A program made the translations under genes and the position numbers. From positions 76,756,001-76,820,000 of the forward strand of contig OX597828.1 of assembly GCA_951406725.2 (NCBI GenBank): a stretch of 64,000 bases of DNA. Direction: 5' to 3'. This document shows positions 53,924-64,000 of the stretch, one piece after another. The notes below the pieces were generated by a model that saw only the letters and a list, made by a program, of their open reading frames with translations, did not search any database and was not told the DNA's origin. This stretch comes from Octopus vulgaris (Eukaryota). The stretch's first letter is position 1. Each line of letters opens with the position of its first letter.

Positions 53924-56900
53924 AATAGTGGAGGGACGGTGGGATATATATATTGAACGAGCATACATGAGTGGTAACCCGAAGGTTCTCTGCCGAAGGA
54001 AAAGAAGGGCTCGAAACCTCTCGGGAGTCGCTTCCCCTCCTGAATAAACATCGATCCCAACATTTCGAATATGGATTCAAAACGTAAGAGCAGACGAAAT
54101 ACCGCTAAGCATTCAGTTGTATTTTATGTGTAGTATTTTGTGATACCATTTTAACTGGCTTTAATATTAAGGTCCAAGCACTTTTCAATTCGACTTCCGT
54201 TTGTACAGAGAATATTCTTGACATCGGAGAGTTTAATTACCTTGGCATGAAGATATAACAAAAAAAGATTTCCTCTCGTCTTGGAAACGTGAACGGAATC
54301 AAGATCTTGAATTGTTAAGTCACACACAGAGATAACAATGAGATCATTCTTTGACTATCTTTGCGTCAATCATTCATTTTAACTTTGGTTTTTGAAAGAC
54401 TAATGAGAGGAAAACTCAAAGATATTTCTCAAGTGATGTCTCATTGCATTTATCTCGAGACTTCAACGAACAATACAAGATCGTTCGGCATCTGGACTCT
54501 TCCGTTGCGTTTTCCCACGTTTGTTTTTTCTTAATTATCCCCAGCGACAACTACTATATTAATTCGATCACTTCTGTTTTCCAGTGTCTGACAACGGATT
54601 AATCGACTGCCAAACTCTATCCTACATCAACAAATACGACTGTTTCTTTAAAATTTAGTTTGTCAAAACCTGACGTTTACATATAAAAATATGCGTATGG
54701 ATTATACATGCACACAAGCGCCTAAACGCACACGCGTGCACACATTTGTACACACATTACACACATTTGTATACACATTACACACATTTGTATACACATT
54801 ACACACACACACACACACGAGATATTTTCTCACAATTTCGCGGTTATAATTTTGTATTCCTGATATGCAACGTGGCGTCAGTATTATTGATAGAAATAGA
54901 GAGAGACAGACAGACAGATATATTAAGGGAGAGAAATAGAGAGAGAGAGAGAAGGAGGGAGGTGAAAAGCTGTACAAATGCCACTTATTTTCCTTTTCCT
55001 TCACCCTGTCATTAATGTAATATACTGGTAATGTCTCACTTGTATGAATTACATATCTCTGACACTGTGGTACATATAATAATGTATTTGAAAATATACT
55101 GAGCTCTTCGAAAATGGATTGGTTCAATCTTGGCATCTCACATTCTCTACAGTTATTAATGATTACACATTTCTTTGTGATGTGTTTCTTGCCAATTCCT
55201 GCTATCAATAATTCTGGCTGATACAAATATATCAACGACTTTTTAGTTCAAATGTTACAGTCATAAATATGTACTAAAAACTATTATTACGCTCTATTAC
55301 CTTTTATTTAGAATTGGTCACCTAATAATATTCACCTGTTGTGTCTGATCTTTCCGTTCTTACAATCCTATAATGAATCACATTCCAGCCGTGACCATCC
55401 CGCCTATTATTCACAGAGTTTTATACAGACAACATTATATAATGTATTCTTCAATGCCGTTGTTTTGCTTAAAGCTAGTTTGATCCAATGAGACATGATC
55501 AAAGGCCCTCCAAACGTGACAATCCAATATATATCTGAATGTAGCATATTTAGTGATAAACTATGCTCGCCTTCGTAAAAACAACAGCCCAATAATCTTT
55601 AAAATCCCACATCTATCTTCTTAAATGCACAAGGAGACAATAGAAAGTATAGTAGCAGAAATGTTAAGAGACGGTGAGATGACGACTGCAGCGCTGTTGG
55701 TCAAATACAAACTCGGTCAAAAGTAGCAACGCAACAATCGCAACATCTGACCGCATTTTCACCTTCTTTATTATATCGACCTACCTTAAACCCATTTTCT
55801 ATTTTTCTTCACTGTTCCTTCTTCCACCCAACATATTTTTGCTCCATCTTTCTTATATTCCTCTCCTTTTAATCCGACAGCGGTACTATTCTTCCTTCAA
55901 CCATAATTTATGTGAAGTCCTATTTAGGAGTTCTTTCATCCTTGGCCATATCCACATATTTACCTCACCATCGGAAACAATTCCCTTCATAGCCAAACAT
56001 TACAATCCTTCGCAGTCTATATTCTACGCTAACGAACAATTTTTAGGTATCTCTAAAAGACATCATATACACCCTTAAATGACACCTTTCTAATCTATTG
56101 CTCATCGATGACATAAAACCTCAAATGTCTTAACTTTTCGATTGAATCTACAGAAGCTTTCATGAAACCAAGGCTTATCTGTAACTCCCCACCCCTTACC
56201 AGGAAACATGAACCTAATTTTCCAAATCAAATCTTGAAATCTTGAAATTATCCCTTAACAGACTTGCTAACCACTGGTGCTGCGTTTTGGAATGCCTTCT
56301 CCAAATAAACCGTAGATTTCAATAAATTAAAACATTTTTACTTACATCGTACAGTACATAATTGAATTTCTTCTTTTACATGAAAATTCACACCTTTGAT
56401 GCACCTGAATTATCCCCGCTTAAATTTACTCGTACGACCCAATGCTAATTCCTACTATTCTGCAATTTAAATTATTCTTCTCAGCAAATGTTATGCGTTT
56501 CTTGAAAATTCTACAATGCTTTGCTATTGTTAAGCTGATCGGCAATAATACTAGCGCTAGCGTTTATACTAATATTATCGCTACCATTAGCATCAGGTGC
56601 ATCTGTTCCCCTATTGACAGCATTACAAACTAACTTTCACAACTCACTATTTATAGCCTCCATTTCTAACTACGCCAACCAATGATCAGCTATTCTCAGT
56701 TCGGTGCATTTTATATCTGGGCATTATTGTTTCCGTATCGATCCATTGATTACCTTTATAACGACTTTGAAGTATCGTCGGGTAACATTTAAATTTATTT
56801 ACTTTCGTTATCTTCTTTGGATCGATATCGCCACCGTTACACTGTCCACCTTTATACTACCGAATCTTGCCAAGGCAGATGGCGATCCATAACAATAACC

Positions 56901-57169
56901 GTAGTTTTCTGGTCGTAAACGAATGTGACCTACTAAAGAACCTAACATAATGTGACCTACTAAAGAGTTCCTTTGATAATATATTTATTGTGGAAGTACT
57001 TTCAGCATTGTCATTTTTCACTATCGTTATTTCTATGTGCATTCGAGGCACAACCGAGCGGAGCTCTGACCCGAGACTGCAAGCGTTTTTTTTTTTGTTT
57101 TAGTTGCATGTTTATATTTTATTTTAATTATTACTTTTATATCTCACCTCTTTTTGTTTTTTCACTTTC

Positions 57170-57366
57170 TCTTTTACTAGTTTCAGAGATTGGACTGAGG
57201 TCATGTTCGATTTATACCTTTCAGTGTTTATTTGAACAAATCGATTCCAGTACATATATTTTTTTAAAATTTGGTACATATTCTATTGGTCTCTGAAAAC
57301 CGTTAATTTACAGGAACGAAATCAAACTGAAACCCATTGTCAAGCGGCGTTGGGCAAGAATCACAG

Positions 57367-57434
<68 letters not shown>

Positions 57435-57610
57435 CACACACACACACATTACGATGGGTTCTTTCAGTTTCAGTCTACCAAATTCACTCACATGACTTTA
57501 GAAGGACAGGGGTATTATTAGAAGTCATTTCTGCAGAGCCATACGGTGAGACTGAACCCAGGAACGCATAGTTGAGAAGCAAGTTTCTTAACCACACAAT
57601 TACGCATGCG
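57170..57610 (-). mobile_element. Diverged SINE family A copy with internal (CA)n
   Basis: Reverse-complement motifs TTGTCAAGCGG, TTCTTTCAGTTTCAGTCTACCAAATTCACTCACA, AGCAAGTTTCTTAACCACACA. Confidence 0.75.
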
Positions 57611-58480
57611 CTTTTCTTTTAAGTCGTCCACAAATGTAACTTAGAGATTTGATTACTTTCGAATGCTTTTGTGTCTGGTTGTCTGTTACGAGATTTTTAT
57701 AATTTGGATAATTTCTCAATTTCTGGTAGCGATAGATTATTGCTTTATAAGGCTAATACATCTATTAGAATGTTCTTCGTTTCGTAGTTGATGCTGACAA
57801 CAATATCTGGCCAGCTAAGCTTCATCTCTCCATATTCAGAGGAAGGCTGTGTGGTAAGTAGCTTGCTTGCCAGCCACATGGTTACGGGTTCAGTCCCACT
57901 GCGTGGCACCTTGGGCAAGTGTTTTCTACTATAGCCTCGACCATACCGGATGAAAACTAGCCATATGAGAGCCATTACACTGGAATTGGATTCACACTAA
58001 CCAACAGGCAGTAGTCTATTGACATTTATCTGTAATCCAATACTTAATGCACTCGCCCATCTCACAAACCTCAGCACGAAGTCTTAATTCACTGCCCTGT
58101 TTGACATCCTATACTTGTCCTTTATGGTTTTACCGAAGTCAGCTCTGCTGCATCTGTTCCAGAGATGTCTCTGTTTAAATACGATTCTTTCTTTATCAGT
58201 CTTAGGGTGAAATCGCACAGTTTAGTGGTTAGCGTATAGCACTTAACGAAACGCATGATCGTGTTTCGATTCCCGGGCCGAGTGGTGAATACTATTCTGG
58301 GGCAAAGCTGCAGTTCAGTCATCTGCAAATGAGTAACTCCTCGATGGCCTGAAATTCTGCTCTGGAAGAATATAGGGACCTTGGTCACTTTATACACCAG
58401 AAAAACAATGGAAGTAGCCTTACGGATCCGAGGAGACAATGCTTTTCTTTTAGTCTCAGTGATTCTATAAAAGGATCGCA

Positions 58481-58895
58481 GGCACAGATATGACTTTGTG
58501 GCAAGTAGCTTGCTTATCAACCATATGGTTCCGGGTTCAGTCCCACTGCGTGGCACCCTGAGCAAGTGTCTCCACGTATAGCCCCGGTCCAACCAAAGGC
58601 TTGTGAGTGGATTTGGTAGACGGAAATTGAAAGAAGCCTGTCATCCATGTATGCATGTGTGTGTATGTATATGCGTGAGTGTATGTGTGTGTGTGTGTGT
58701 GTATTTGTCTCCCACCACCGTTTGACGACCGCAGTTGGTTTGTTTACGTACTCGTAACTTATCGAAGCGACCGATAGAATAAATACCGGGATTAAAATTG
58801 TTAGTCCTGGGGTCGATTCATTCGACTAAAAATCTTCAAAGCGGTACTCCAGCGTGGCCGCACTCAAATGACTGTAACACGTAAAAGCTAAAAAG
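58481..58895 (+). mobile_element. SINE family A copy, with a partial copy at about 57843-57945
   Basis: Matches family A head to tail. Confidence 0.87.
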
Positions 58896-59811
58896 ACGCT
58901 GCCCTTTTGTCGCCATAAAAGCGAGAAGAAAAAATCTCTACTTTATAATAACTATTTGATTATTCAGGAAATTCTAGCTTTCATTTGCTTGTTTCTTGTT
59001 TTTCACGAGGGATTTTACCCTTTATAGACTTGGTGCTTATTGCCTAAAGCTTATGTATTACGAAATCTCATTGATCATAGAGGAAGTAGCGACACGCAGC
59101 AGAGAAAGTAAAGAATTGCATTAGAGGAAAAAAAATGATAAAATATCAAAAATAAACGAATGAAGTTAGTGGAAAATATAATGTAAAGCAGAAAAATAGG
59201 GGAAAAAAGTAATAAAACGTATCAAATGTTCTAAAAAAATAGAAATAATAATAATTACGTAAAAAAAGTATTTGCAAGAAAAATATAATTAGAAAACAAT
59301 GGAATACGATATTAAGGAGAATACTGATTAGTTTTAAAATTAACTCAGACAACAAAATGGAATGTATGGAGTTTTAACATTCGACTCCCTTTTAATTAAA
59401 TAGTTTGAACAACGCTATTTCAAGAATACTAAAGAAACACAAATGAAAATTGCATATGGAAAATCGAGACTGGATGCGGGGAGGGGTTGAGATAGACAGG
59501 GATAGAGAGAAAGTGAAAGTGAAAGTGGAACAGATAGAGAGGAGGCGAACGAGAGAGACAAAGATATGTATGTATATATATATATAGAGAGAGAGAGGGA
59601 GGGGAGAGAGAGAGGGTGAAAGAGAAAGAAAAAGAGATAAAAAGAGCGAGAAAGAAGAAAGCGCGTAAACAGAGAAGCTGATAGGAAATTTTCAGATTAA
59701 CAAATTTCTTGCTCATTTTATGTATTTATTTATAAATTATGCAGTTTTATTTCTTCTTTTTTAGTCTTCTTTTTGTGTCAAGGTTTACATTAAGGATGGC
59801 TTATTGGTGAG

Positions 59812-59871
<60 letters not shown>

Positions 59872-59876
59872 TTATT

Positions 59877-60095
59877 AAGGAGGCAAGCAGGCAGAATCGT
59901 TAGAATATCGGACAAAATGCTAAGCGGCATTTCTCCCAGCATTTTACGTTCTGTGTTCAAACTTTGGTGAGGTAGACTTTGCCTTTCAACCAATCAGGCT
60001 CGATAAAATAAGCATCATTTCAGCTCTGGAGCAGATATATTCGAGAAGACCCCTGCCTCCAAAATTTTCAGACCTTGTGAATATAGCAGAAAGAA
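59877..60095 (+). mobile_element. Diverged SINE family B copy
   Basis: AAGGAGGCAAGCAGGCAGAATCGTTAG...GTAGACTTTGCCTTTCA...TCGATAAAATAAG. Confidence 0.75.
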
Positions 60096-60170
60096 TTATT
60101 ATGACCATTAAATTGGGAAATTTTCAAATTATCCGACAAAATGCCTAGCATATTTGTGTTGCCTCATTAC

Positions 60171-60321
60171 CAAGGGCGTACTGAAGGTGGAGCAAGCAGG
60201 GCACATGCCTTGAGCGTCACTTTGATAGGGGTGCAATTTTGGCCAAGATCATTTTCTAATTAAGCTATTAAAAAAAATTTGGGTTGTCGAGGGGGCGCCA
60301 TTTACCCTAGCTACACCCCAG
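60171..60321. mobile_element. hAT-like MITE with 8-bp TSD, inserted in a family B SINE relic
   Basis: TSD CTCATTAC at 60163-60170 and 60322-60329; imperfect TIRs CAAGGGCGTACTGAAGG and CCCTAGCTACACCCCAG. Confidence 0.8.
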
Positions 60322-60509
60322 CTCATTACGTTCGGAGTTCAAATATTGATTAACTTTGCCTTTCACTCTGCAGAGATCGACAAAATAAAGTATCCATCAA
60401 TTATTTCGGTCAATGTAATCGACGTGTCCCTTTCCCCAAAGTCGCTGGCCTTGTTCTAAAAATTAGAAACAGTTAGTTTTGTAGTTATATGCATTGTTAT
60501 TGGAATTTG

Positions 60510-60567
<58 letters not shown>

Positions 60568-60579
60568 CATTAATATTAT

Positions 60580-62090
60580 TATCAGCTGCAACGGAGGTAG
60601 TTGTGGAAGCCCCGTCTCTGTGATGTGTTTTCCTTTCCTTAGTGTACTATTAGTTTGCTTTATCTAGTTACTAAATCGTCCAGGACTATTAGAAAAGGTC
60701 TTTCCTTTTGTAGCCTACTCTACGAAGTGAAACTCCGAAGAGGAAGAATTTTCTGTTTCTGATATTAGCGTCCAACACGCAAACTTGTTTTCCCATTGTC
60801 GCCCTTACCAAGCTGGCCAGAGAGTGGAAAATGTGGTGCAGAGAAATTTTGTTTGGGAAATTGCGGTTTGAAGTCACCGACTTCTCATACATCATAGTGT
60901 CAGTGGTGAACAAGACCAAAACGTGCGACAGACAGGTCAGCACATCAAGAGAATAGAAGGAAAAGTTATATTCACAATAGCGCAACAGCTCCCAGGCCAA
61001 ACACAGAAAGAAAAACACAAGTATACAGATTATATTGTTAAAGGGCCATAAACTAGAGTAAGATGAACTCTGCTTGAAAGGCGTCAGGGATGGGCGGCAT
61101 CGTTAAATGTAGCACCCTCTTCGGTTGCACGGTTGTATAGGTTTAGCTTTTTACTCGGGAACTCTGGCTCAGATGTTCTCCGCCGTCAACAATTTACCGT
61201 TACTTACCTGGGAAAGGTAGTGTTCAGCGTAGAAATTGCCAACATTACACCAGAATAAGACTTCTGATGAGTATTGAACTGTGATGCATTGAAATACCCC
61301 TGTCCCTAACTTAGAAACATAAAAATGAGGTTGGATGGGCTACAAAGCAATAGTAACAAAAATATTCATGGTTCACTAGGTATAGATGTGGTAAGCATCA
61401 GTGAGACATGAATTTCGAAGCATGAACTTTCACGCCCAATAACGATGGCTGTGAGATGTGCACATTTCTAGATCGATAAAGATCGAGAAATAGATTCACT
61501 GTATAGAACAACCTTCGTGAATTCAAACACTGACGGTGCAGGACTTTTCCAGCAGCGAAGGTCGTACCTTCAGACCAGAAGCCATTCACGCTCAACTATC
61601 GTCTAGAGGTGTTCCTAGAAACTTAACACTTTTTCATGCTCGAGGGTTTGTGGAGCACCATCTTCTACGTACCTTTAAACTAAGCGATGTTACTTGGAAA
61701 GATATGCGCAGACACATTGCATCCTGAGTTGATTCATCCACGACCAAATCCACCTGATCCAATGCACCATACTCTGTGCCTCGACTCCTGGCATATCCAG
61801 AGATACAAGGAATGCACCCACTTCGGCAGGATCGGAAAAAAGTTTTCACAATCTATGAAATCACGGCGAAGGAGTAGCTTTCGGTCGTTCTAGAAGCTAT
61901 ATTTGAGTGTATGTGTCGTCCATCGCCTTGCTGGTTTCCCTGGCTCCGCGTGTCCAGATGTTTCCATAATCGGTAAATATGACCCTTATACAGAACCTGT
62001 ACAACTGAGGAGAACTATGGAGCGATAGTTTCGCTGATATTCCCTATCGCAGTTGTTATAAAGCAACGTCAAATTCGATCTTTTCCACAG
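60580..62090 (-). pseudogene. Heavily decayed LINE ORF2 C-terminal region (possibly Tx1/L1)
   Basis: Non-repetitive, higher-GC block with broken minus-strand frames (NIWTRGARE...LDMPG, FFLCLAWE) ending at an (AAT)n tail; motif similarity is weak. Confidence 0.35.
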
Positions 62091-62382
62091 CCAAGCTATC
62101 GCCCCGCCTTTAAATAATAAAATCGTATACGTATATTACATACACATATATCCACTACATCATAAGCATACATATGCATTCGTAGACATATAAGTACATG
62201 CGCGTGCATACACACACACATACACGCGCATACGTATGTAAATATATGTGAGAATTCCTATAAATCACGGAATGTTCTGAATGCATCTATGAATGTCTGA
62301 ATGTATACACACACATGTATGTATCTATAAATACTTATATATATACATATAAACATATATATATTTATATATGTGTGTATAC

Positions 62383-62503
<121 letters not shown>

Positions 62504-62970
62504 CATACATACATACATACTTACATACATACATAGAGACATAATCAAGCGCCAGTACAAAAATACACACTTTTACACGTCCGTATATATACCTACCTAC
62601 CTGCCTACCTACCTACATACACAATTGTATGATTTGTGGAAGAAAACCAAGCAGCCATTGTTACATTAGATCCCATTTAAGATTTGCCATTCAATTTAAA
62701 ATTAGACAAAGATTAATCTTGCTAATTATCAATTTTCTCGCTGATGAGACATAATGAAGAATTTTCTATTTTAGATTCACCTCTGCTACTCTTAGTTGTC
62801 ATGGCACGCTAACTTTCCTGCTAGCATCAGCAGCGGCAATGGCAGAAGACATACGTTTAAATAAATGATGCATACAGCCAAATTCACTGAAACACATAAT
62901 ATACTCGCATGCACACACATATAAGATGGTACATAGATATACATATTCATATATATTCATATATATTCAT

Positions 62971-63009
<39 letters not shown>

Positions 63010-64000
63010 TAGATAGATAACGAGCCAGAAAGAGAAAGATTCGGAATGCTTAGATTTGACAGATACATACACTGATATCAGGAAACCATATCACAGATAC
63101 ACGCTCATGTGTGTGAGGGAATAGATATATACACATACATACCCATCCACCAGGGACATGAAAGCCTTCCCTTCTCTCTTTCTCTCTCTATCATACTTAC
63201 CCTCTCTCCTTAACTATATGTGTATATACACACAATACACACCTACACACGTGCACATGCATATGTAAATATAAATGTTATTCAATCCCGCTTATGTGCG
63301 TATTTATACAAACGCATTCACGATAGATATGCACGCCTCGCACGTATATACACAGACGTTTTATATACACGCACTTCTGTGTATGTGTTTATATAAATGT
63401 GTGATTGTATATAAATGCATGCATATACACATGTCTATATATGTGAGCGCATGTGCTCACATATATAGAGGTGTGTGTGTGTATGTGTGTGCGCGCGCGT
63501 GTGTGCGTGTGTGTGTTTGTGCATTCACGTGTTTAGCTGAATTCCATTTCGTTATGAACCGTGGGAATGTTGCCGCAATCCTTAACGAATTGAAATTACA
63601 TATAATTATTGCATGAAGCCTTTCATAAGTAATTGTCTGGATAAGATAAAGCCATGTGTACTCCTTAAGTAAAACCCATGGAACTCAACAAAGAGAGAGA
63701 GAGAGAGAGAGAGAAAGTGTGTATGTCCATCGTCTGCCGATGGCCACGGTCAGTAATACGTGAGTGATTCGCCTTCCGCTACAGTTTTCTCTTATATCGT
63801 ACTATGGACTTCGATGTGTAACCCGATCTAGTTATATTTAACCCTTTCGTGATATCTTAGCCATAGATCTTCTGTGATATTTTTTACCACAAACCCCCAG
63901 CCCTGTTCTTTGGTGGCGTGATTCAAATTCTATAGAATGGTGGGATCCCAGCTCCCCTCTTTCTCATCGACAATATTCATGATCTGCTTCATCAATCTAC

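Noticed and set aside
55780-56660. Decayed minus-strand LINE RT
   Set aside because: Composition is suggestive but no unambiguous RT motif could be read

Overview
AT-rich, microsatellite-saturated eukaryotic DNA. The SINE families and repeat landscape point to an octopus/coleoid cephalopod intergenic or intronic region (my recognition, no database search). I could not support any host protein-coding exon, and nearly all listed ORFs are translations of simple repeats. Real content: three tRNA-derived SINE families; a near full-length but disabled RTE LINE whose TSD-defined insertion includes a ~1.9 kb 5' leader, plus truncated RTE copies; decayed Tc1/mariner transposases; MITEs; a non-autonomous Helitron; a tRNA-Ser(CGA) fused to a SINE tail; and many Penelope-type pLTR fragments carrying minimal hammerhead ribozymes (HHRs). 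Most notable: (1) several sequence-divergent HHRs, one fully intact (12911-12994), including natural G3:C8 and U3:A8 covariants of the conserved C3:G8 core pair; (2) an intact ORF1-only (gag-like, CCHC) retroelement with a 13-bp TSD that shares its 3' tail with a local SINE family and sits across the predicted cleavage site of one of those hammerheads. Many repeat boundaries are approximate and were read by eye.
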